Shown: positions 12,078-23,725, counted from the first letter of the stretch. The stretch is 64,000 nucleotides of DNA from Balamuthia mandrillaris (GCA_031835245.2 JAVKOQ020000010.1:372001-436000), one strand, 5' to 3'. Made by a program: numbers and translations. Notes: generated by a model not told the origin, from the letters alone.

Positions 12078-13185
12078 TTACTTTTGCTTCTTGTAGCCAC
12101 CCTTGCTGGTGGGCAAGTAAGCCCTAGCCTCGTGCAACTCCCTGTCCAACCACCACAAAGCTCCCTGCGCACTGCCAGGCTTGCTCTTGACTTCATCAAG
12201 GTAAGCCTGAGCCTCCGCCACTCGCCTCTCAGCCTCCTGAAGAGCGGCCTCAGCAGCCACGCGAGCTTCCTCAGCAGCGTTGGCGGCCTTCTCGGCCTTC
12301 TTCACGGCAGCCTCGGTGGTGATCTTGGCACGACGCAAGGGCAGAGGGTCCTCTCCCAAGTGTTGGGCCAGCTCGTTCTTGGCCTTGTTCCTGGAGACCA
12401 GGCCGCCCTCCTCGGAGGCGCGCTTGAGCTCCTCGGTCTTGCGGTTGTAGGCATCCTCTTGGGCCTTGAGCTCTGCAAGGGCAGCCTCGAGCTCCTTTTG
12501 GGCGGCCTTGGCTTCTACCTCTCTAGCAGCGGCTTCTTCGGCGGTTCTTCGCACCTTTGAAAAAAGTGAGAAGAGTTATAAGCAAGAGAGAGCGAGAGAG
12601 AGAAAGCGAGAGAAGGAGAACGAGAACAGACAGTAGAACGAGAAGAACGAGGGAAAAAACAATACCTCTTCAAAAGCAGCTTGAACCTCAACAAGCATTT
12701 GTTGGGCCTTCTTGACCTCCTCTTGGTTGTCTCCCTGAGCAGCATTGACGAGCTCGTGCCAGTCGACTTTGTAACTGAGAAATATTTTTACAAAAAAGTG
12801 TAAGAGACCACAGCCAAAAAAAAATAAATAAATCAAAAAGTGCAGAAAGAGCGATTTACCGGAAGATCAAAAAGTGGATGAAAGGAACCAATCGGACCTT
12901 CTCAACGCCCACTTCGCGCAGCTTATCTCTCATCTGCGTCACGGTGAGGGTCTCCTGGTTGATCTCCAGGAAGCGGTGGGCCTGGAACTCATCCAGAGCG
13001 CAGCCCTCGCCCTTCTTGGCCTGGTCCAGCTCGGCATGATCGTGGGTGAACTTCCACAGGCGCTCCGCCTCCTGCTCGGCGAATTGCTTCCAGTAGGCGT
13101 TGAGGAACCAGACGGCCTGCTGCTTGTAGGGCTTGGAGGCCAGGTCGATCAACTTTTCGGTGTCGTTGCTTCCGGCTAAGCTCAT
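12078..13185 (-). CDS. Actin-bundling protein of the Dictyostelium ABP34 (34 kDa) family, often annotated TolA-like; 3 exons
   Basis: QQAVWFLNAYW N-terminal motif and GALWWLDREL C-terminal motif as in ABP34; Ala/Glu/Lys coiled coil; strong GC3 codon bias. Confidence 0.8.
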
Positions 13186-13472
13186 TGCGCTGGTGTGGTG
13201 TATGTATGACTGCCAACAGGGATGTTTTTTTTTTTTCTCTTAAAGAAAAGAATGAAAAAAAAAATTTGAAACGAAATTTTTTGATTAACAATTTCTTAAT
13301 TTTTTTTTTCGAGTATTGCGTCTAGTTGCGGATTGGTCAATGTTTTATGAAAAACGATTTGTTGGGAAAAACGCGAGTTTGAAAATGATTGGTCGGTAGA
13401 GAGCCCTTCAGTGGCTGAAGTTGTCTTCGTGCGGAAGGGATGTAACCGCGGCGGTGCGGCTTGGGAAGGAAC

Positions 13473-13508
13473 GCCCACGGCTTCCTGGAGATCAACCAGG
13501 AGACCCTC
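13473..13508. repeat. 36-nt inverted copy of ABP34-like exon 1 (12946-12981)
   Basis: gcccacggcttcctggagatcaaccaggagaccctc is the reverse complement of 12946-12981 at 35/36 positions. Confidence 0.95.
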
Positions 13509-13759
13509 CGTCGGGGACGACGAGCGATTCCAAAGCTAGAAGTGTACATCACATGGTAAGACACGCCGAGGGAAGAAGGAAGCTGCCACCAATGTGCAAT
13601 ACGAATCTGGGGTAGGCTTTTACGGAGGGTACGCCAACAAATGTTTTCCTGGTAATGTCGCCCTGTTTTGGCGGACCTTCTTTTGCTCCTGCAAAAATAT
13701 CGAAGAGCAAAAGGCAACCAACTTTTCTTTCTTTCAAGAAAGGACGCGAGGCTCGCGAC

Positions 13760-13784
13760 GCGAGTTCGACTCTCGCCGTGGGCA
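13760..13784 (+). other. tRNA-like 3' half (T-arm, 3' acceptor strand, discriminator) or isolated Pol III B-box
   Basis: GCGAG-TTCGACT-CTCGC 5-bp stem with 7-nt loop, followed by CGTGGGC-A. CGTGGGC pairs with GCCCACG at 13473-13479. No D-arm or anticodon arm found. Confidence 0.35.
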
Positions 13785-14061
13785 TGATATCCTTGAAACG
13801 GAGAAAGTAAATATGTGTCTTCATTTTTGCGCTGTTTCACTGTGGACACTTGTTTGCGCTCCGCTTGTCTCATCCTGTTCCAGACCTTTTTGCCATCACA
13901 GCACCGCAAGAAAACAAGCGAAGGAAACTTTTTTTTGTTGGGGGTGAAACGAAGATCGACGACGCATCAGAGTTACTACTTAATCTTCTCTCTCTTCTCA
14001 CCAAAAAAAAAAATTCAGTTGCAAGTCCGTTTGGTTAGAAAAATAAGATCTCTCTCCGAAA

Positions 14062-15822
14062 ATGATGAAAAAAAAGGTCTGATTGAATTCAAATTTTTTT
14101 TTTGGGGGGGAGGTGCGGTTCTAAATGTCCTCTTACCATTTTCTTCTCTCTCTCTCTCTCTCTCTCTCTCCTCATTCTCACAACAGGTTTTGTTGATGGG
14201 AAAGAGCGGGTCCGGCAAGACCTCCATGCGGTCCATCATCTTTGCTAATTACATCGCCAGAGACACAACACGCCTCGCCGCCACCAGTACTGCTTGCCTC
14301 TCCTTCTTGTCCTTCTCTTCTTCCTTTCAGCCCTGAATCTTCCTCTCCTCTCTTTCTATCTGGATTTTTTTTTCATCTTTTTGTTGCTACAACGACTTAA
14401 TGTGTTTGTTTGCAGTCGATGTGGAGCACTCTCACGTTCGATTTTTGGGGAACTTGGCCCTGAATCTTTGGGATTGCGGAGGACAGGAAGCCTTCATGGA
14501 GAACTACTTCTCTAACCAGAAGGACCACATCTTCCGAAACGTTGAAGTCCTCATCTACGTTTTCGACGTGGAGAGCAACAACCTGGAGGTACAGCTTCTC
14601 TCTCTTCTACGTCTTTTCCACACCCCTTCTTCTCCTCTTTTCTTCTTCTCTTTCTCTCTCCTACTCTCTCTCTCTCTCTCTCTGTTTTACTTTCACTCTC
14701 TCTCCTCTCCTCTCGTCGCCTTCTCTCCTCTCGCTTCTCTCAAGCTAACATTCGCTTCGTTACTCCTGTTCTCTTGTCTCTCTTTGTCTACTTTCCCAAA
14801 AACAGAAAGACATGAAGTACTACCATTCCTGTCTTGATGCCATCCAACAGAACTCAGGAGATGCCAAGATCTTTTGCCTCATTCACAAAATGGACTTGGT
14901 TCCAGAGGACCAAAGAGAAAAAGTACGTCCACCCAGACTCATCTCCGTTTATTTAAACTAATTATCCTTTTTTTTCTTCACTCTTTCTCTTCACTCTTTA
15001 CCCTTTCCTTTCTTTTCTGCTATTCTCTTCTTTCTCTTTTGCCTCTTTCGGTTATTCTCTCATTCCTTTTTTTTCAACTTCTTCTCTTCTCCTCTCCAAA
15101 CATCAGATCTTCTCCCAAAAAGAGAGCGAGCTGAAGCAAGCCTCCCTTCCAATGGACATAACCTGCTTCGCCACCTCCATCTGGGACGAGACCTTGTACA
15201 AAGCCTGGAGCAGCATCGTCTATGCCCTCATCCCCAACATCGACATCATCGAGAATCGGCTAAGCAAGTTCTGCACCATCTGCGAGGCCGATGAGGTGGT
15301 ACTCTTTGAGAGGGCGACCTTCCTCGTCATCTCGCATGCCTCCACCAAGAAACACAAGGACGTGCATCGCTTTGAGAAGATCAGCAACATCATTAAACAG
15401 TTTAAGCTGAGTTGCAGGTTTGTTTGTTTGATGTGCTTTTTCTTGTCGTTTCTTTCGTCCTTTTCCTTTCTCTTTGTTTAGTTTTGATGCTGAGGAATGC
15501 CTTATCGTGCAACTAAAAATAAATGAACAGCAAAACGGGAGCACATTTCCAGAACATGGAAGTGCGCAACTCCAACTTTAGTGCTTTCATCGACCTCTTC
15601 ACCGCCAACACGTACATCATGGTCATCATGTCCGACCCCACCATTCGTACGTCCTTTCTCTCTTCTCTCTTTTTCTTTCTTTGTTCTTCTCGAGCTCCTT
15701 TGCTCTCTTTTTGACCCATTGATTTTCCTCCAACAGAGTCCACAGCAACACTCGTCAACATCAAAGTGGCTCGTAAACACTTTGAAAAGTATTTACGCAA
15801 CACAGAAGCAGAGACCATGTAA
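14062..15822 (+). CDS. ragA: Rag GTPase RagA/B (Gtr1 ortholog)
   Basis: [74 protein letters not shown] 15820-15822. Confidence 0.97.
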
Positions 15823-16366
15823 AACTGTTCTCTTCTCTTTTTCTTTCTTCTCTTTCTATTTTCTTCTTTAACGATAAAAACGACAGTTTTACAATTGTTG
15901 CGATAAACTATTCCAATTCCCAAATATTTGACGATCGATTCCTTTTCTCGAAAAGATATCGACAAATGCGATAATTTTACTATCAAAGGTAAACTATTTT
16001 TTATGTCCTTTGCCAAAACTAGGCTATAAGGGTTACCCAAGCGGAGCCTGGTAACGTTCCTTTTAGGTTATTCGTTTAAATTGCACCAACCTTAAGTTCT
16101 TCAAGATGCTGTTTATTAGATATGCCGCGTCGTTTCGTTGTCTCAACAAAAATTCCAAGGAAGAAAGAGGAGAAGTGACACTGCCTCTCTGCGTCGAAAG
16201 GAAGCAATGATCAAGGACGTTTATGCGTGAAACGTTCTTTGGCGTTGATGGCGAGGTGTGCATTGAAGGGCACCAAACGCGGGTTGAAAACATATTTTCG
16301 ATCGTTAACAACAACGCCTTGATCTTTGACTTGTTTTTCACGCTCGTGCAGCAAAACACGCACGTA

Positions 16367-18205
16367 ATGAACCAGAAGGAGGATTCTTGGGAAGCACGAC
16401 CCTGTGGCGATTTTCTTGGCAGCCTCGAGGATCCTCTCTCAGACTTTTTTCGCAACTACGGGGCATGCTCCACCGAACGGCAAGAAGAGAAACACCAACA
16501 CCTCGCCTTTCCTCTCTTCCCCGCAGATCATAATAACTCTGCTCTTCAACAATCATTTGCACCTGGATCCAACCACCAGCAACAACAACACCTTCAGATG
16601 CCTTCGCCACAGACTTGCGTCATGCGAATCACTCTTTCAGCCTTTCGCAAACAAAACAATCAAACGGGAAAAGATGAATGGAGCGCCTATTGGGACGACG
16701 ACTTTGGAGAGATCGCCCTCAACTCCGAAGGAGGCATGCTCTTCCTTCAGTGCTCACCTGCCGTTTGGGACGAGAGCTTAACCGTCATTTGCCTGGTGAA
16801 GAGGGGTAAGGGGGAGTGGAAGCTGGTTGGCGTTCGTGAACATCGCTTCTTGACACCGTTCATCATCAGTGTCCCCGAAAAGGAGCAACAACGAGAAGAA
16901 CAACAAACGCAAAACAACAGCAACGCAAGGCGTAAGATAGGTATGAACGTTTGGTACCAGTACTTGGTGTTTCGGCCCAAGTCCAAGGAATTGCTGGCAC
17001 AAACCCCGCCGGTGAGAGCCAAGTCCCAAAAGGTGATGACGGAGAAGTACATTGTGCAAGACAAAACTCCGGTTTGGAACTGCGTTTTGAACCAGTTTGA
17101 ATTGCGGTTTCTGGAAGAACAACATCAACAACCAGAACAGCATAGACTCCAGACTTTGGAGAGGAACATGAACCAAATGTTCGGTCTTGATGGGAACGAG
17201 TTCACAGCATCACACATGACACCCGACATCTCCCTTCTTTCTCTGCACTCCCCATTAGCTCCGGCCACTCCAGATAACGCTCTTTCAACCTCAGCCTCTC
17301 CTCCTCATTCTTTATCCCCTTCAGATTTGTCGTCTGCTTTGGTAATGGGTACAGGCTCCTCCCCCGCAGGAGGTGACGGTTTTCCTTTTGTATTCGATAC
17401 GTACACGAAGGAGGACGCAAAAAGATCTTCCACTACATCTTTGGAGCTCTTTCTCCCGCAGACTCAACCTCCACATCAACACAATTTTGCTTATTCCTCT
17501 TCATATCCCGAACTTCCTCTACTCTCTGCTTCCGTCACCACAGCCAGCCCCTTCGGAGAGGAGCTAGGTACCCTGCAAAAACGTTCTCAGTCCTTCTCCT
17601 TTGGTGAGCTGAAAAGCGCTCCTTGGTGGGAGGAAGAAATGGGCGCTTCTACTCCGATGGATTTTGCCAATCATCCTTCGTTTCTCTCTCCTTCCTCTCC
17701 AGCTTCTTCTCAACAAACAAACGACTCTCAACTGCAACACCTTTTGGCCACTCCTTCCTCTCCTTCATCCCATAAAGCCTCCATCCCTTCTCCGTTATCC
17801 AAAAGCTCAAGCCAGTCTCACTTGCCCTCTCCTTTGGCTCATTCTTCTCGTCCGATGTCTCGCCAAAGAACTTCTATTCATCACGTCCGCAGGGACAGGG
17901 CCATAAGCAATCCCCTCCCTGGCCAACGGACGCCCTCCCAACCGCCTTGTTCATCCACTTCTACAATCCCTGAAACCACGGCTTTATCTTCCATGCTGAC
18001 TGGGCTACATTCAACGATGCTGACGAGCGAAAGAAGCAACGAAGAAGACGGCGACATGATGATAGAGATGGCGGCAGAGAAGTTTCCTCGTTCAAACTCT
18101 TCTAACGCTTCTCCTTGGTTTGAAGAGTTTCCAATGTCCCCTGGCTCAGCCAACCTCAGTAATGGTGGTACTTTTCTCAGCGACGACGACAAATTCCAGT
18201 TTTAA
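16367..18205 (+). CDS. Hypothetical intronless protein: one globular domain plus a long S/P-rich disordered tail (possible transcription factor)
   Basis: Long open frame (upstream ATG at 16223 also in frame); beta-rich segment ~16615-17110; Q runs; S/P-rich C-terminal half. Confidence 0.7.
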   Translation: MNQKEDSWEARPCGDFLGSLEDPLSDFFRNYGACSTERQEEKHQHLAFPLFPADHNNSALQQSFAPGSNHQQQQHLQMPSPQTCVMRITLSAFRKQNNQTGKDEWSAYWDDDFGEIALNSEGGMLFLQCSPAVWDESLTVICLVKRGKGEWKLVGVREHRFLTPFIISVPEKEQQREEQQTQNNSNARRKIGMNVWYQYLVFRPKSKELLAQTPPVRAKSQKVMTEKYIVQDKTPVWNCVLNQFELRFLEEQHQQPEQHRLQTLERNMNQMFGLDGNEFTASHMTPDISLLSLHSPLAPATPDNALSTSASPPHSLSPSDLSSALVMGTGSSPAGGDGFPFVFDTYTKEDAKRSSTTSLELFLPQTQPPHQHNFAYSSSYPELPLLSASVTTASPFGEELGTLQKRSQSFSFGELKSAPWWEEEMGASTPMDFANHPSFLSPSSPASSQQTNDSQLQHLLATPSSPSSHKASIPSPLSKSSSQSHLPSPLAHSSRPMSRQRTSIHHVRRDRAISNPLPGQRTPSQPPCSSTSTIPETTALSSMLTGLHSTMLTSERSNEEDGDMMIEMAAEKFPRSNSSNASPWFEEFPMSPGSANLSNGGTFLSDDDKFQF

Positions 18206-18730
18206 GTTTTGTTTTATGTTTTGTGTTGCTACCACTACTCATTGTATGTTACTTCATCCTTTTCTTTACTTTTCGTTTTGTTATGAGTTGCGGAGATACA
18301 CAAGGCTACTATGTCTCCGTGCAATTTTTGTTGTAGTTTATACTGTGAAAATAAAAAACTTTTCTGGTGAGAAAAAGAAGGACTACTGGTATCTAAACAG
18401 TTGCCTGGTGATGTCCCTTTTGATCTCACGCATTCGGAGGTGCTTGTCGCTTGCCTACAGGGAATACCATAACATGTCCCTCAAGTGGCACAGAGAAATC
18501 GGAACAAAAAAAAGATATCTTTTGATTTTCCATTGGCCCTTTGAAAATTTTTCAAGATGAAGATAGATAAGATCGAAAATTACCATATTTGGAAACCGCG
18601 CGACTTTCGATATATTAGGTTGATTCTGAACACTTAGACAGGAAAAGTATCGATAAAATTGCAACAATTTCGATATTTCGAAGTAATAAACAGAAAAAAA
18701 CGGTAAAAGATTTTTCTGACGAAAGAAAAG

Positions 18731-20105
18731 ATGAGTTGTTGCGAAAAGCGGCCGAGAGGCTCCCCTTCGAATAATCCGCCAGGGCCACGGATGGTCGGGA
18801 ACCAAACCCAAAGGGCAAGCATGTAATACGGACTCCTTCTCCTCCTGTTTCTGCTCTTAAAAAAATAAAAACTAATCCCTCTATTTTGAAAAAAAATAAT
18901 ACAAAAGAGAACAAAAACTCATCATTTTGGGCGACTATGGCGTTGGAAAGGTTTGCCTCCGTTTTTGAAAAAATCACCACACAAGCAACTTGATCGATTG
19001 TCTGATGCTTTTTTGTTTGTTGGTTGGTTGTTTTATAGTCCAGTTTGGCCATACGAATGTTTCTTGACAGGTTTGACGAGGACACCAGCTGGTTCAGCAG
19101 CGAGGGTTTGATCAGCAAGAACATCGCCGTCGACAAGACTGCTTTCAAGTTGTCTGTCCACGATACTTCTGGTCAGAAGACCTTCTCTCTCGCTCGCTGT
19201 CTTCCTGCTTCTCTCCTCTCTGCTTTCTTCTCTCTCTCGTTCTCTGCTTCTCTTCTCCTCTTCTTCTCTCTTCTCTCGTTCTCTTCTCCTCTTCTCCTCT
19301 TCCTACTCTATCCTCTCTTCTCTTCATTCTCTGGTTCTATCGTTCTATTGTTCTCTCTCTCTCTCTCTCTCTCTATACGTATTATAACAGTGAACTGACA
19401 TGCCAGCTCGCTTTGTTTTTGAAACAACAGGGCAAGAAAAGTTTCGAAGTTTGACGTATAGTTATTACAGAAACGCATCCGCCATTATCTATGCATACGA
19501 TATTACCAACAGGTTTGGAGTTTTTGCCTCTTCGTTTTTTTCATTTGGTTTGCTTCTCTCTTCTCACCTATGCATGAACTTCACCTTCTTGATCAAACCC
19601 AAAAACAGAACCTCATTTGGTAATGCATCAGTCATTCTATTTTACTTTTTTCTGTTCTCTCTCTCTCTCTCTCTCTATCTCTCTGTCTCCCTCTCTCCAT
19701 CCATCCCTCCCTCTCATCTGAACAAACATTTGCACGGAACAGAGGGCCTACACTCATGGCACGGAGAACTCCAAATGTACTCGCAAGCATTGAGCAACGT
19801 GATGCTGGTCGGCACCAAGTGTGATCTCACCGCCCAACGTGCCGTTTCCACCGAGGAGGGCATCGCCCTGGCCGAACAGCTCGGCATGCCTTTCCTCGAA
19901 GTTAGGTTTGTTCTCTCTCTCTCTCTCTCTCTCTCGTGTTCTCTCTCTCTCTCTGCTTCTCTCTCTCTCTCTCTCTCTGCTTCTCTCTCTCGTGTTCTCT
20001 CCTTACAAGGTTTGCCTGTACAGTGCAAAAGAAGGCACAAACACAGAAAAAGTTTTGATGATGGTGGCGACGGCTTGCGCTCAATCCCTCGAAGCACAAA
20101 AATAA
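18731..20105 (+). CDS. Atypical Rab-like small GTPase
   Basis: Spliced motifs KLIILGDYGVGKSSL, HDTSGQEKFRSLTYSYYRNA, MLVGTKCD, FLEVSAK. Starts MSCC; ends ACAQSLEAQK, TAA at 20103-20105. Confidence 0.85.
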
Positions 20106-20294
20106 AACAACAACAAAAAAAAAAGAACAAGAAAAGTTTTGTAGATAAACAATCAATCTTCTTCTTCTTCCTTTTCACATTCCAATCCTTTCATCAGTTC
20201 TTTCTTTCTTTCTTCTTCTTTCGCTTCTTTATTCTTCGCCGTACACAACAACAATTTCTCTTCTTTTCCATGCCATAACATTCGCAGCCGAGTT

Positions 20295-20558
20295 TCATTC
20301 TTCCAAGGAAGCGCGATGAACGGCTTGGCAAATGTCGGTGAGGGTGACGACACCGATGGGCTGTCGTTTGTTGTCGACTACCCACAGGCGGTGGTAGTGG
20401 TGGTGGATGACGTGCGCCAACACATCTCCCAACAGGTCGTCCTCTTTACATGCCAACACCGGTTCTCCCTCTCCCTGTTGTTTTTTTGTTTTAGTTGGTG
20501 AGTTTGTAACACCAGAGAGAGAGAGAGAGAGAGAAGAGAGAAGAGAGAGAGAGAGAGA

Positions 20559-20599
<41 letters not shown>

Positions 20600-21797
20600 G
20601 AACAATGACTCACAAAAAAACAATAAGCGAGCAAACAAAAAAATGAAATGAACAAACTGACCTTGTACTTGTGCAAGAAACTCATAATAGGAAGGGTGAT
20701 GTCGTGAAATTCCTTGTCATTGGTAAGGAACCTGAGGTCGCTGGCGACCAGGTTGCCCATCAGCGTCTTCTCCACGTCGGCCACGGCCATGGCGCTCACG
20801 CTGTGCTGCACCATCTTCTTGAAGGCGTTGAGCGCCCTGTCGTTTGTGTTTATGAAGAGGACCCATTCCTTCACCAATCCCAAATCCTTAACAGACTGCT
20901 GGGTGACGGAAGAGAGATTTCCTTTCGCTTCCAAAAATCTGAGAGACAGAGAAAAGAATGAAGATAAGAAAGATAAGAAAAAAAAAGAAATGAGCAAGAA
21001 TGTGGAACAAACGCTAAGAACAGAGAGAGAGGGCGAGAGAGAGAGAGGGAGGGAGAGAGAGAGAGGGAGAGAGAGAGAGAGAGAGAGAAAGAAAGAGCAA
21101 AAACGAAGGACTATAGAAAGAAAACAAACCTCATAACATCAGATTGTGTGATAACTTTGGAGATCTCGTCTCCGTCCATGAGAGCCACTCGGTGGAGGCC
21201 CGCAACAAATTTTTCCAAAAGCTGGCCTACAGTTGTGGTCGCAGTTACTTTGCCAAAGCACTCTCTTCCTGACCGTTCTACCAAAGTGAAGCAGCAAAAG
21301 AGTAAAGAAGATAGCAGATAGATAGAAAGAAAGAGAGAGAAGAGAGAAGGACAGTGCTTAGTAACGCGAAAGAAAGGATGGAGACAGAATGAGTTTAAGT
21401 ACCGAGGAGATCCCTGCATTTGAGAAAAAAAAGAGTCAATACCAAAAACAAAAGTTTCTCCCTTACACTCCTTTGTCATAATAATAATAAAAATAAAAAC
21501 AACTTACCGAACGCGTCGCTTGAAAAACTTGTGAGAATCGATTGAGTTAAGGTCTTTGCACACGGAGTCCAGATGAGCGGCCACATGTAGCACATCAAAG
21601 AAGCCGAGGTAGCCATTGTTCTCCGCCTTTACCGGCACAGAAAGCAGCTGCTTCTCTCGCAAAAGCTTTTTGTTTTGAAGTAAGTAACACAAACTCCAAT
21701 CAAAAGAAAAGAAAACGAGCTTAGGTGTTTTTGAACTCACATCAAACCTTTTGATGTGATCGAAAAAGAAAAAGTGGAAGAGAGAAAAGAGAAGAGA

Positions 21798-21844
<47 letters not shown>

Positions 21845-21980
21845 GGGGATGTACTTGAAGTGCTTCTGCAACGGTGGCATCAAAAGGCAAAGAAACGACC
21901 ACTTGCTCCTCCAGGTTCACCAACGCGGTCACCGGTTGAGCCAGCAGCTCTTTGAGGCTCGTCTTCGTAGTACCTTCCAT
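20295..21980 (-). CDS. Four-CBS-domain protein (AMPK-gamma/SNF4/Sds23-like)
   Basis: LLSVPV, LHRVAL..VITQSDV, VSAMAV..GNLVASDLR, YHRLWVVD..PIGVVTLTDI; TGA 20297-20295. Confidence 0.88.
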
Positions 21981-22723
21981 TGAACTTGTTGGATTGTTTT
22001 TTTTTTAAAAAAATGTGTATCAAGAAATCTGTAGCACATTAAAAAAAAAAAATGAAAACGCAGCGTGTTTGAGAATAGAGTTGAGTTGAGGTGATGCAAA
22101 AAAAAAAACAAACCTCTCTCTCTCTCTCTCTCTCTCTCTCTGCTACTAAACTACCACTCCAACTCCGCCAACAACGAGAGAACAAACCTGCGCGGTGCGT
22201 GAGCGTGTGCCTCAATAATTATTGCTTTTCTTTTTTATTTTGGTCAAACTAAACAAAAAACAAAGCACGTTTATTGCAAGAAAAAAAAAGTGAGGCAGTA
22301 GAAGCGAAAAAACAAAAAAAGGCTTACCAGATGGAAGGATGGGGGTGGGGTGGGGTGGGGTGCTCTTTCTTCTCCTTTCCCTCTTGAATCTTCGTTTTTT
22401 TGTTTCGTTCGAGGAAGAGGCGGCGGCAAAGAGCTGTTTGCTGTTGTTTGGGTTCCCGATTTACAGTCCCTGGTTTGAACTTTTTAGCATTCGTTAAACT
22501 TTTCCTTTTTAATAGTAGATGACGTCAAATATTTCCTTTTCGATATTATTTGTAGACACAATTCTCTTTTTTTGGGTTCACGCACGGGCGCCCTTTCCCG
22601 CAACGAACGGCTGACTCCTATAGAAGAGCAATGCGTTGAGAACAAAGAAAAACGAACAGCAACGTACATATAGAGGAGAAAGGTTCTCCACCTTTGAGTG
22701 AAAAAAAAAAAAAAACGGCAAGC

Positions 22724-23398
22724 ATGAGCATTCCCTCCTTGCCGGCATATGTCACTGGCGAGATCGTGTTGAAGAACAGCTTGGACCTTCTCCTCGAAGA
22801 GCTCGATGAGGAGGCACGACAGTACCGGTCGTGGAAACAGGCGGAAGGGGCACGAAAACGGAGCGACCTGAGAGGGAACTTACAACCTGTTTTCCTTCCG
22901 TCCCCGGCTGCATTTCCTTCTACATCTGCTTCTTCGTCTTCTGCTTCGTCATGTTCTTCTTCCCTCCTCTCTTCTGATTCTTCGTCATGTTCTTCCATTT
23001 CTTCTTCGCCTCAACAGGAACCCCCTCACGAAACAATCATAGAACAAAAGCAAACATCAGTATTAAGAACAAACAAATCCAAACGGAAGAAAGGCGTTGT
23101 GGCCTTTCATCTCCCCAAGGGTTCGAAGAAAGATTTAAGGTTTGTCAAGGAGAAGAGCATGGGAGCAGACAACGGCGACTCCTGGTCCGAAGACGAGAGC
23201 TCTAACTCATCCTCGGCTTCTTCTTCCAACTCTGTTTCGTTGGAGGACTTGGAGCCACATTTGGGAGACGTGGAGGAGGAGTCCCTCGGGGAACTTAGCT
23301 CCCCTGAAGAACGAAAGAAGCGGAACCTGAACAGAAGGAAGAGCGACTGTGCGGCTGCTTTGGGTCTCTATGATAAGTTCTTCAAAGTAGCGGTATAG
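22724..23398 (+). CDS. Hypothetical Ser-rich protein, ~224 aa
   Basis: ATG after an A-run, open frame, helical N-terminus LDLLLEELDEEAR, basic RRKS near the C-terminus; no family recognised. Confidence 0.55.
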   Translation: MSIPSLPAYVTGEIVLKNSLDLLLEELDEEARQYRSWKQAEGARKRSDLRGNLQPVFLPSPAAFPSTSASSSSASSCSSSLLSSDSSSCSSISSSPQQEPPHETIIEQKQTSVLRTNKSKRKKGVVAFHLPKGSKKDLRFVKEKSMGADNGDSWSEDESSNSSSASSSNSVSLEDLEPHLGDVEEESLGELSSPEERKKRNLNRRKSDCAAALGLYDKFFKVAV

Positions 23399-23725
23399 AA
23401 ACTAGCCTCCAACCGTTGTTCGTTTCAGTTTGTTTAGTTAATATTTTGTTATAACGTCTCTGAAGGTAACCCCATGGAATGGACATCCCGAGGTTTTCGT
23501 CTTTTCTGTAACTGCCACAGTGGACCATGTTAAGGTTTGTTGCGGTGCACCAAATACACATGTTTATGTATTGGCCATTACTCACAAGACTCCCTCACTT
23601 GCCTTTCTGCCCATAGCAAACTATCTTCCAGTGTATGCCCTGTTTGGCCGACTATTCACCTGACAACTATCAACTATGCTACAATGACGTACGCTGTTCA
23701 TCTTGTTCTTTTTTTTTAATTCTTG

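Noticed and set aside
13473..13784. Bona fide tmRNA or complete tRNA gene
   Set aside because: No G3:U70 alanine determinant, no D-arm or anticodon arm, no recognisable tag ORF, and a nuclear eukaryotic context. Kept only as a tRNA-like finding.
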